A program made the translations under genes and the position numbers. From Auanema rhodensis (Eukaryota; Animalia; Nematoda): a stretch of 64,000 bases of DNA. The stretch lies in the NCBI GenBank assembly GCA_964057225.1, contig OZ059898.1, positions 10,912,001 through 10,976,000 of the forward strand. The letters are read 5' to 3'. The notes under the pieces were generated by a model that saw only the letters and a program-made list of their open reading frames with translations, was not told the origin of the DNA and ran no database searches. Shown one piece after another: positions 43,871 to 54,481 of the stretch (within the stretch, counting starts at the first letter, position 1; every line of letters starts with the position of its first letter).

Positions 43871-44741
43871 GGTGTGTCAATTGAAACGTGGCTACCCGTG
43901 GGAATTTCGAAAAAATATGCTAATTTTTCAAATTTTTAAAAAATAATTACAAAATTTGAATATATTTAAATCTAATATTACAAAAAAAAATTTTTAAACT
44001 TTACTTTTTAACTTTTTACCTCTTTCAATTTTTTCTTTTTTCGTTATGGATGTAGCACATAAGCGCCATGTCCTACTTTGCACATGTAAGAAGTGGTTTG
44101 CCCGCTTCAAAAACGGCGAGATCGATCTTGCAGATCGTCAAAGACCCGGTGCCAGTCAGAAATTCAGTGATTCTGACCTACAGAATGTTCTCGATCAGAC
44201 TCCTGGAGCAACCCAACTCCAGATTGGGAAAAAACTGAAGGTCAGCAGAACTGCTGTTTCTCTCCGACTTAAAAAAATGGGGAAAATTCACAAAATTTCT
44301 CCGTTTTCCCACATGTCTTGTCTGAGAGCAATCTTAGAACAAGAGTAACTTTAGCTCAGGATCTTCTGATATTGAGCCAAAGAAGGGGGTTTTTTAAAGG
44401 GTTGGTGATTGGAGATGAGAAGTGGATTCTCTACTCCAACCCAACCAGGCCAAAGTTTTGGGTTAGCCCAGGTGAGGAGGTTCCCATGACTCTCAGAGCT
44501 AATCGAGAAACGGCCAAAAAAGCTCTTTTGTCCGTTTTCTGTAATGAAAACAGAGTTCTCTTCTATGAACTTTTACCTTACGGTAAAACCATAGATGGAG
44601 AGTACTATTCTGAACAACTCAGAAGGCTCAATGCTGCCATTGTACCCCGAGAGGAGTTCAGAAGCAGGCGCGTTGTTGCACGACAACGCGCGCCCTCACT
44701 GTTGTGACATACTATAGTCACGTTTCAATTGACACACCTAA
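43871..44741 (+). mobile_element. Non-autonomous mariner (Tc1/mariner) transposon, frameshifted and internally deleted
   Basis: 24-bp TIRs GGTGTGTCAATTGAAACGTGGCTA (43871-43894) and TAGTCACGTTTCAATTGACACACC (44715-44738). Motifs WFARFKNG..DL.D..RPG, GDEKWILYSN and LLHDNARPH (44673-44699); the third-Asp YSPDL region is missing. Confidence 0.92.
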
Positions 44742-44986
44742 TATTATTCCTTGTGGACAAAATCTATCTTTTTTCAATGGTCCCGCTCAATTAATATCAG
44801 TTAGTTTAGTTACATATTATAAAGACTTGTAAGTAGAAGGAACGTTAACCCTAACTATTTTTACTGTTTCATTTATCTTTGATTGAATTTCATATTTCAA
44901 AATGTTTTACTGTCTAGTCGCTTCAAAACAAATATTTCAATTGTATTTTTTGTTCATCTTTAATAACTACAATTTTTATTTCAGGA

Positions 44987-45539
44987 ATGTCGAAGAAGTT
45001 TCTCGTTAATGGTGTTGAGCTGATCTGCGTAGACGAGACGAAGTTCGACGATGTGCACAAACAGTGCAAGGAAAACGTTACCCTTGACGACTTGGAAAGT
45101 TGGGTATGATTTATTTTAATGTTTTTTAATGAATGCTAATAAGCTTTCTAAAAATAAAACTACAAGTTAACAACACTTTTTAAAAGTTATTTTGTTTTTC
45201 TGGAAGAAATGGAGAAGTACAACGCATCGACTTTCATCACGAAAGCCCGTCATTATTTATTTCTTTCTCCTCCGGACCTCATTCAGTCCGCTGAGAAGGA
45301 ATTATATGCTGCCGTATACGCAGCCAAGGAATTATATCTGACTTCTGGATGTATGGATCTGAAGTCGCATAATTCGTTGAAGAATTAATCTGAATGTTTG
45401 AGGTGTTGATCTGAAGTCTCACAACTCGCTCAAGTTTTTCGTACGATTTTCGATTAAACATGCCGAGTTATCCGACGACATCTTCTGGCATTTGCACGAC
45501 AGTTGGACCAAAGTACCGAACAATGGCAACATCGTTTGA
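44987..45539 (+). pseudogene. Decayed spliced cargo gene with PaREP1/HEPN-like helical motifs
   Basis: TTTCAG acceptor, then exon MSKKFLVNGVELICVDETKFDDVHKQCKENVTLDDLESW|GT, followed by ...PPDLIQSAEKELYAAVYAAKELYL..G.DLKSHNSLK(*/FFVRFSIKHAELSDDIFWHLHDSWTK). The family call is motif resemblance only. Confidence 0.4.
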
Positions 45540-46483
45540 GACCGATATCTCGAAAAAACTATAAAGAATATTTCTGAAGTTAATGTTTGGTCGTTGGGAG
45601 CCATCACGTCTTTTAACAAAAACGTGAAAACGAAAGAATGAAACAGCATAAAAATAAAAATCAAATTAAGTAATTTTAACCAAATAAGTCTTCTTTTGAG
45701 GCGGGAATGTTCTGATATAATCAGAAATTAAAGAGGATTCATGAAGCATATAACGAATCTTTACTATTATTGAATTTTTATTATAGAACACGTGGAATTT
45801 CGCGTGAAAGTCATTTTTCATTTTTTTGTTATTAACATTTTTCTTTGTTCAATCTAACACTTTTGATAATCCGTTGTTTCCGATTATTAATAATAAATAA
45901 TTCTAATTTATTTTGTGTTCTTTTTTTAAACAAGACATTGGTATTATGCACCATGATACCAAATCACTTATGATTTGAATAAATTACTGATTGCGCCTTT
46001 TAGGATTCTACGCAATAGTTTTAATTCAGTTCAGACAGGGGAAGCTAAAAAAAAATAGACGCATTTCATGATTCCCACTATATTATATCCTTGGGTTTCT
46101 GTTCATTATTTTGTCTGTTCTGTTTTGAATTGTATAAAATATGTTTTAAATAGTATCTTATTCTCTGTTGTTTGTAATTTGTTGTAGCTAAGTGCAGTCA
46201 ATAAATTGTTGTATCCTCATTGCTTTTATTTAATTGTCAATGGAGTTAATAGATCCACACTACATATCTCCAAGTTGTTGTAATGGATGATCGTATTCAC
46301 ATAAGACTAATTACTGATTTTCCGGTAAACAGTAATAACCACAGTGATGTGTTTCGAACTCTTGTATTTGAAATGTTGACAACAGTATTTTATCATTTTT
46401 TCTTTTGCGTAAGCAAGCTTCCTAGAAGTACATCTTTTTGAATATTCTTGAAGTTCTTAAGGTGTATAGAGTCCTAAGGAATC

Positions 46484-47554
46484 GGCTCTAGTGCAGTTCC
46501 CCCCCCCTGCCTAAGCCCCGCCCCTTTTGCCAAACGGTGCATACTTTTTGTCAACCTGTATAATTTATTATTCACGGTTATTAATATCATTCATAAAATC
46601 ATTAATTTCACATAACATATTTTCAAAAAGGTCTGAATTTATGTGTCTACGGCGCCACATAAATTCACACAAATAACCATCTAACATGTGAGTCTGTACT
46701 CCCCATAAACGCTTAAATTTGGCTTTCGTAATGTTTCAAACTCCCTCTATAGTATTAATATGCGCTGCGGTTTCGGGGTCAACAAAATTATATGTATGGT
46801 TAACCGTCCGATGGGTGTATTGTTTGTTTAAAGATTCTAACCCCATAAGCGCGCCAGCAGTCTGATATTATAGTACTTCCAGGATTTATTGAGAATTCAA
46901 TACATTCCTGGAGAGTAGCTCTACTTCTATCAGGTACTGCATACAAAAAACATTCCTTTGTCTCACGACATATCCCCCCAAACACCCATTGCTCTGGCTT
47001 AACCCTACCAACATTATATTTACGCTTAGATACTAGAGTCTTATCTATCTCTACAGTCATATTAGGGCCCCCTATTTTAACTGGATTTTTTAAAAGGGAG
47101 TGAGCACAGACTTCACGTAAAAAATTATTATAATCTACTACGGTATGATTGGATCCTATTCCGAGCTCATCTTTGCAAAATTGGACTGTTGTATACTCCT
47201 TTGTCCAACAGTAAATAAAGAGTATGAAGTTCGAATACGATAAGTGAGAGCCTATTTAATTTTAATTAGTTACATCTTAAAAGTAAAGCTATACCTTCTA
47301 AAAATGTTCTTTTTTTTAATTGCTGTTCTTTCCTACAGCTTTTTTTGGGGCATCTCCACCGTTCACGCTCTATTGAGAGCTTCCTTTCAGATTGGCAGAG
47401 GCTACAGATCATAGCATCTGGTAAAATCCCCTTTTCTTGCAAAAATCGAATTGCACTTTCTTTAGTTGCAACTTTATCTCTCAGAGCGAACATGATGTCA
47501 GATTGAGTTCGAGATTTCGATGGAAAAACTGCAAAAGGAAACTGCACTTGAGCC
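46484..47554 (-). mobile_element. Merlin (IS1595/ISXO2-like) DNA transposon
   Basis: 15-bp TIRs GGCTCTAGTGCAGTT / GGCTCAAGTGCAGTT. 9-bp TSD with one mismatch: TAAGGAATC (46475-46483) / AAAGGAATC (47555-47563). Confidence 0.92.
46568..47493 (-). pseudogene. Merlin transposase with a 43-nt intron (47252-47294), a frameshift and a premature stop
   Basis: Zn-ribbon CSLC...WRCPKKSC, then IGGPNMTVEIDKT, KRKYNVGR..WVFGGICR, PGSTIISDCWRAY, VNH..NFVDPETAAHINTIEGV* and YLCEFMWRR. Confidence 0.88.
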
Positions 47555-47951
47555 AAAGGAATCAAAGAAATAAATCTTTGAAATGAATCTAAGTTTACAA
47601 TACCTACTTCTTTTTCTAAAATTTTAGGTGGTAAAGTATCTCGCATGAAAACACCACGGAAATTCTTGATCTTTAATACTTCTACGAAAGCAAGGATATC
47701 TAGATTTGCTAAAGGCTTCAAATTGTTCTCTAGCTTCGCCTTTTATTCTCTTAAACTTGTTTGAAATGATCAAAAATTGTGAAAGTGGACACTTCTACGT
47801 CCAGCCCAAAAAGTGACGTGTTTCAAAAATGACTGATTTTCGATGAGCTTAGACACTTTTTTGATAAAAGTAAGCGTTAAAATATTCAAAAAGTGCAAAA
47901 AAAATCATTTGGGCAAAATGATCGTCCAGCGTCAACCTTTTATATACTACT

Positions 47952-48491
47952 ACCGAGGACGAACCGAGGAGGAACCGAGAACGAACCGAAGAGTCGAGAA
48001 GGAACTGAGGAGCCGAAGAAGAAACGAGAACAAACCGAAGAGTCGAAGAAGAATCTCGAGTCGAGAAGGAACCGAGAAGGAGTCGAAGAGGAGATGAGGA
48101 AGAACCGAAAAGGAACCGAGGAGGAGTCGAAGAGTCGAAAAGAAACTGAGGACGAACCGAGGAGGAGTCGAAGAGTCGAAAAGGAACTGAGTAGAACAGA
48201 GAACGAACCGAAGAGTCGAGAAGGAACCGAGAAGGAACCGAGAAGGAGTCGAGGAGGAGGTGAGGAAGAACCGAAGAGGAACCGAGGAAGAACCGAGGAA
48301 GAACCGAGGAGCAGTCGAGATGGAGCTGAGAAAGAACCGAGGACGAACCGAAGAATTAAGGAGGAGTTTAGGAGGGACCGAAGAGTCGAGGAAGAACCGA
48401 AGAGCAGTCGAGAACAAACCGAGGAGGAGTCGAGACAGAACCGAGCAGGACTGGAAACAGCCCTAGAAGATCCCAGGAGGAACAGAGGAGG
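47952..48491. repeat. ~10-bp satellite; right inverted arm (purine strand on +)
   Basis: Reverse complement of ~42590-43380, including the unique CTGTTCCTCCTGGGATCTTCTA segment. Confidence 0.9.
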
Positions 48492-49275
48492 TTTCGTTTC
48501 TTCCTCGGTTCTTCCTCGATTGTTTCTCGGATGTTCCTCGGCTCCTCCTCGGTTCTTCCTCGGTTCTTCCTCGGTTCTTTATCGGTTCTTCCTCGGTTCT
48601 TTATAGGTTCTTCCTCGGTTCTTTATCGGTTCTTCCTCAGCTCCTCCTCGGTTCCATCTCGACTCCTTCTCGGTTTCTTCTCGACTCTTCGACTCCTCTT
48701 CGACTCCTCCTCGTTTCGTTATCGATTCTTACTCGGTTCCTCGGTTCCTTCACGACTCTTCGGTTCGTTCTCTGTTCCTCTTCGGTTCGTCCTCGGTTCT
48801 TCTTCGGCTCCTCCTCGGTTCTTCCTCGGTTCCTCCTTAGTTCCTTTTCGACTCTTCGGTTCTTCCGTTTCTCATCTTGACTCCTCCTCGGTTACTCCTT
48901 GGTTCGTTCTTCTTTAACTACACCTAAGTCCTTCCTTGGATTTTCGGCTCCTCCTCGACTCCTTTTTTGTTTTTCTCAGCTCTTCATAGACTCTTCGATT
49001 CTTCCTCGGCTCCCAACTCTGCGGTTCCTCCTAAAATCTTCGCTTCTTTTTTGACTTTTCGGTTCGTCCTAGACTTTTTGGTTCTTTCTCGGCCACTTCT
49101 CGGTTTTTTTGGCTGTTCCTGACCTCTCACTTGGTTCTTCTTCGACTCCTTCTCGGCCTTTCCTCGTCTTCGATTCTTCTTTTTTTTGGCGGTTTCTCGG
49201 TTCTTCCTGGGCTTACATTTTCTTTTCCGTTATGCCTCGGCTGCTTTTCGACTTTTCGGTTCTCCCTCGATCCTT
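48492..49275. repeat. ~10-bp satellite (pyrimidine strand on +), increasingly degenerate
   Basis: Abrupt orientation switch at ~48491; TCCTCGGTTC units decay towards the junction at 49282. Confidence 0.85.
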
Positions 49276-49282
49276 TTGAGGA

Positions 49283-49949
49283 GTGGTAAAACTTCACTGA
49301 TAGAAAAAAGAATTTTATCTTTTGGATTATCTATTTTCATATTTTGATACTAAAAAAGATTTTTTTAATTTATAAAATAAGAAACAGTTGAGGAAACAGT
49401 AATAAAATAATGAAAGTTTTGTTTTTCAAGGGAGGAGGTACACGTTGATGCAGCTGATCAACGGAAAACAATGAGCTGTCGCGGTTTGAAGAGTCAACGA
49501 AAGAACAAAGTCGGCTCTCTCAAGAATCATTAGATAAGAGTACAAGTAAAACTTCAATGAATTGTCTTTAATATTTAAGAATATGTTTACATTTATTAGA
49601 AAAATAAACCTATTTTCAATATAAAATAAGAATATAGTTTAGAAGATTTTCAGAAGTTATGTGCCACAAACATTTTCAAGTAACAGCTGCCGAAGAAGCT
49701 CAAATTGATTGAGATACTAGCATGTTTCACAAACGAACACGTGCACAACATTAAAGTTTACAACGTATTAAACATTCATATATTATTATTATTTTAATGA
49801 ATTAATTAAGAAAAACATCTTAAAATTAAAAAAATAATAAACAAATATTCGAAGATACTCTGAATATTATTGAGTTTATTAAAAGTTATACTGTCAATAA
49901 GCAAATGCCAATACACTTTTTGTGTACTTTTGCATCAATGCCGTTGTAA
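49283..49949 (+). repeat. 667-bp direct repeat, copy 2 (truncated phosphatase 5' end with ATG at 49340 on the minus strand)
   Basis: Duplicate of 40226-40892. Confidence 0.95.
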
Positions 49950-52900
49950 GACTAACAAGAGCCCTTAATTTAACTATTAAATTTTATATAATTTAACGAA
50001 CTATTAAACAATTTCTCTTTTACATTCATATATGTAGTATATAATACATATATATAGAATTGAATTATTGCAAAGTTCACTATTTCTTCTATAAATCTAT
50101 ATTTTCAATGCAAAATAAATTAAAAATCCTATGTTTTACACAAAACTTTATTATATTTCCGTAGTAAATACACTTGTATATCTATCAAAGCACGGAGCTA
50201 AACTTATTATGTTTCAACCCATAATCAACTTATGGCTTTTCTTTATTTTGTTTCTTCTCTGCACCTTTATCTTTTCAGCACTCTTTCTATATTTCTCTTA
50301 ATATATCTCTTTCTCTTCTTCTCTTTTTCATCTCAACTTCTTTGCTCAAGTTTCTAATTTGTGTATGTGTAGACGTGCCGTTGTTTCCCTCACTTACTCA
50401 CTCCCATGGATGAAAAAACGAGAAACTAACATAGTTTCTAAACCATTTGTTATTTTTTACAACTAATACTTCTCATTTTTCTTATAAAAAATGTTGCATC
50501 ATATGTTACATATTCATATAATATTCAAGAGAATCAACTTAACCACAATATGTTTTGATGTTTGTCGTTTAATATGCTTATAGAATATTAGCAGCATTAA
50601 AAAACTGAAAATATTTGTATTTCAACATCATAACACAACTATTTTTATTTCTTTTTCAAACTCTTAAGAACATTGTATATATGTTTTGAATCATAAAACA
50701 TTATCAAATTATATGTATACTTATCATTATCTTGCTTCATCAGATAATATCCTTTTTTGATTTATATTCACTCCTTCGATATTCTTCATAAATGAAATTA
50801 TTATGAAATAATCTCTAGTAATATATTTATATAATTGAAATATGTTTCTATAATAATAAAATCTTTTAAAATAGTTAATATAGTTTATAATTATTCAAAA
50901 TATGTAGTTTGATCGTTAATGTACGTCAATTCATACACCTGCTTAGAAATAATTATAATATTATGTATAGAAGGATTAATTTACCTTATATATCATATAA
51001 TTATTTTTATATTCTTCTGCATTTATGCAGTTAGTAATAACCGAAGAAAATTTCAACAATTTAGTTTTATATTTTTCTTAGCTTCTCTAGAATATATTTC
51101 GAGAATTATTTTTTTTTCATCTTGTATGCTGTTCTCGTTATTGCATTTTACTAATTCATCTCTGAATTATGGGTATGTCATGTTACCATACTATGTCTGT
51201 TTTCATATCTCTATCTCTAACATCCTTTCCTCTGTGGACTTCATTCTAGCTCTCTATTTCATTCTTTGTTATATCTTTGTATATTATATTTTTCATTTTC
51301 AAACTTTTTCTTGTTTCAATTTTTTTTTCATTTCCTTCTAAACGACAAGAAATGTTATCTTATATTGAATGCTATTCAGCTGTTTAGAAGGAACGACAAA
51401 ATGTTTCTGTCAAAGCGTTTTGAAATTCTTTTTTGGAAGCTCAGTTGCAGCATTATTCAATATTAGTCATTAACTATTTAGCTTTAGTCTTTGAATGTCA
51501 GAATTATTTTTATGTTTTTCATTTATTTATTCATAATCCTTTAAAAAAGTTTGTATTTTTAATGAATAAATAGTCAAAAGATGTTTCTTTACATTTCTAT
51601 TTGTAGATATTTTTCTTTTGTTTTCACTAGAAGAATTCTTAATACAGAATAATATTTTCTGAAAAATAAATCTTTTAATATAGTCTGGAACAAGAAGATA
51701 CACAGTTATTGGATTATCAAAATGAAAAAGAGGAAAGAAAGAGAAAGAGATTAAGAGATAAAAAGGATAATCGAATAACTAGTATTTCAAATCAAATATA
51801 TATTGTATTCATCAAAGACCTGATTCATTTTATTCATCATCTATCTATAAGTTTTTCATATATTCTGTTATATTTGTATAAATTAGTCATAGTTTTCTTA
51901 TCTTTTGTTGTTGTCATATAAGCTCTGTAAAAAGATTGAATCGTTTACTAAAGATGGTACTAAGAAGTATTTATATTTGTTTAAAGATCGATGTTATTGA
52001 TGCTTCAAATATAGAATGATTATGTATAATGATTCATATAAAGATTTAGGTAAGCTAACATAATATTATTTTGTTTTTAAATGATTATTATCTTATTATG
52101 TGTCATTCACACCAATCTTCTTCTTTCACTTTTCTTGAAATATTCTTCTTTTTTTTTTGATTAATCATAGTATCCCTTTAATTTTATTTCAACTGTTTTT
52201 CTATTTCAATCTCAATTTTTCTATTGCTGTTTTTGATGTTGATTTTGCTATTACCAATATTGACGTGTTGATTCATCTTTATAAATTGTTATTTTTATAA
52301 AATTTTGCGTTTATGTTTCTGTGAAAAAAAAAAGAAAATGTCTTTTATATAGTTAACTTTCTCATCATTTCATATAGCAATCTGGTTCACCTGTACTATT
52401 TCAAGAATTTTCAACGATTCGTCTGCAGAAACTTTCAGAATATCTTTCATGACTGCAACCATATTTACTTTTCTGAAAAAAAAAAAATTTTTTTTTGATT
52501 ATCGCTCATCCACATTTGCTGGTATTCTCCTTTTCCTACCTTTTCCGTTTTTCAATTTATTTACTGTACTCCCGCAGTGTTAGATTTGTTCTTCTACTAT
52601 ACATAGTAAGAGTTACCCGGATTCTCCTTCTTCTTCTTCATTTTCAATGATTTGATTTGGCCATTACTCACTTTACGATATATGTACCTTTTCAGCCTCA
52701 TATTGAGCTTTTTCCTATTAGGTTACAAATTTCTCTCACATGATTCTCCACCACGTTTTGCTCATTATTTCATTTCTAACCAAATTCTTTCATCTTTCCT
52801 GTGTTTCAACACGTTTCATAACTACTTTCTCTCTCTTTTTATTTTTCTTCTGTACTCTCTTTCTAACTTATCTCTTTCTCTATTATTCTCTCACTACCTA

Positions 52901-53783
52901 CCACCATAGCAACCTGAGCTCTTAGCTACATATACGCACTTGTTCATATGCCCACCCATATGTGTATCAATATCTAAATTCATAATTTTATACATATAAC
53001 TATATATCTATTTTTGGATTTTGGAATATAATAAGTGACGTATCCTGTCTCCGTTCATGCGATCGTTTGGTACTACTACAACCATAGCCACCTCCCCCTC
53101 TCTTTCCAAATCCAACACACGGCTAGACAGCCCAATGTTACCCGCATTGCGTAGACAGAGGACAACGAGAAAAACCAAAAAGTAGTATCATAAAATCTAG
53201 AAGTGGAAAAGCTTTTTAACAGAAGGTTAACATGATTCATTCCTATTTTTTTTTATTTGAAATATATCTCTATGTGACTCACTAGCTGTTTTTGACACAT
53301 TTATTTTTTGTTCCCATTTAAATTGTCGTTTTAAATGTCTTTAATGGTGGGATATTTGATCAGGCATGTCTATATTGGTTTGTATACTATTTCTTCTATA
53401 GTCATTCACTATTCGTCAAACTACAGGGTTTCCCCAATCAGTCATTCTCTTTATCTATCTCATTTTCCTTTTTTCTATATCTCTCGATTGTTTCATTCAC
53501 AATCTCTTTAAACAATATCAAATATTTTATTTCCGCAGCAGAATATTAGATGTTTCAATCTGATTATTGATTATGCCGAAGCCATGCGAAATGCCCATGC
53601 TTAAGTGGCTTCTCTTCAGGCCTATATTTGATGTTCCATGTTCTGCGAACAGTACCTTTTGTAATGTTTTTGAACTTTCTCTCTGTATTTTTCATGTTTT
53701 TTTTCGTTGATTGCTTATTTGACTATTTTGTATTTGTGATTACGATTCATATAACTATTTATTTTCAGATATAACAATCAAAT

Positions 53784-54090
53784 ATGCCCTTGACCTGTTC
53801 TGATATCCCCAAATTTTTGTGTGCTGTACTCCTTCCAGTAAGTTTCAAAAATACTTTATTCTATAACATTTAAAAGTTTTCATGAACAGTTTCAAAAAAA
53901 AAATAAAATCAATTTCAAAAGTTTATATATACTGTATTAAATTGATTTTGTATTATTTTTAAAATTTCAGCCTTTGGGAGTATTTTTCGAGAAAGGATGT
54001 TCAATTCATGTCCTTATATGCATTTTGCTGACAATTCTTGGATACATTCCCGGAATCATCTATGCTTGCATTATTATTATTTACTATTAA
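53784..54090 (+). CDS. Pmp3/UPF0057 plasma-membrane proteolipid, 57 aa, 2 exons (intron 53838-53970)
   Basis: MPLTCSDIPKFLCAVLLP|PLGVFFEKGCSIHVLICILLTILGYIPGIIYACIIIIYY* with canonical GTAAGT/TTTCAG splice sites; missed by the ORF track. Confidence 0.92.
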
Positions 54091-54481
54091 ACTACAACAA
54101 CTACAATAACTACAATACACTTTTTTCTTAATTTTTAATGATAATGTTACTCAAAACATAAGGCATATTTCTCTTTTTGCATGAATACAATAAATCTTTC
54201 CATTACTTTTTCTCGCAACAGCATTATTTTATAATTAAGTTTTATGGTCATGCTTGTAATTCTTTAATGTTTCAAAGATAATTTTTGTCCTTGTTTGATT
54301 ATTTTATTATTATGATCAATAGTCTTATGAATAAATTTTGTTTTGTATCTATTGATGTCAACACGGTTCTTTCTGATCTGATCAAATAGTAATTGATAAA
54401 CAATGATTTTATTTTTTTCAAAAAAAATGCTCTTCCTTTCAAATAATCGACATTGACTGGGTGGACAGTCTACTTCATAAT

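Larger units (their letters stand above)
46325..47721 (-). pseudogene. Adenain-type (Polinton/adenoviral) cysteine protease relic, split by a Merlin insertion
   Basis: KPLANLDI..NFRGVFMRDTLP..GIVNLDS [deletion removing the GTHW segment] KIYFFDSF |Merlin| GLYTP*ELQEY ... STFQIQEFETHHCGYYCL (catalytic Cys codon at 46341-46343). Confidence 0.8.
43381..47951. mobile_element. Internally deleted Maverick/Polinton-like element with ~180-bp TIRs
   Basis: Left AGTAGTATATAAAAGGTTGACGCTGGACG...(to ~43568) is the inverse of right ~47773-47951, which ends ...TATATACTACT. The interior holds an adenain protease relic. No polB, integrase or capsid was recognised and there is no 6-bp TSD. Confidence 0.65.
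40893..49282. mobile_element. 8.4-kb composite insertion (satellite arms + Maverick-like core + nested mariner and Merlin)
   Basis: Bounded exactly by the 667-bp direct duplication; the interior is made of TE relics and inverted satellite blocks. Confidence 0.75.

Noticed and set aside
45700-46320. Additional Maverick genes (capsid/ATPase) downstream of the protease
   Set aside because: Only short stop-riddled frames with no motif I can recognise; needs tBLASTx.
43375-47957. 6-bp Maverick target-site duplication at the AGTAGT/ACTACT ends
   Set aside because: The flanks are CTCGGT and ACCGAG, which are inverted rather than direct copies.
41270-48917. Long S/P/R/F- or E/R-rich ORFs (up to 237 aa) in the satellite
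   Set aside because: Open in several frames on both strands because the 10-bp unit lacks stop codons; a low-complexity artefact.
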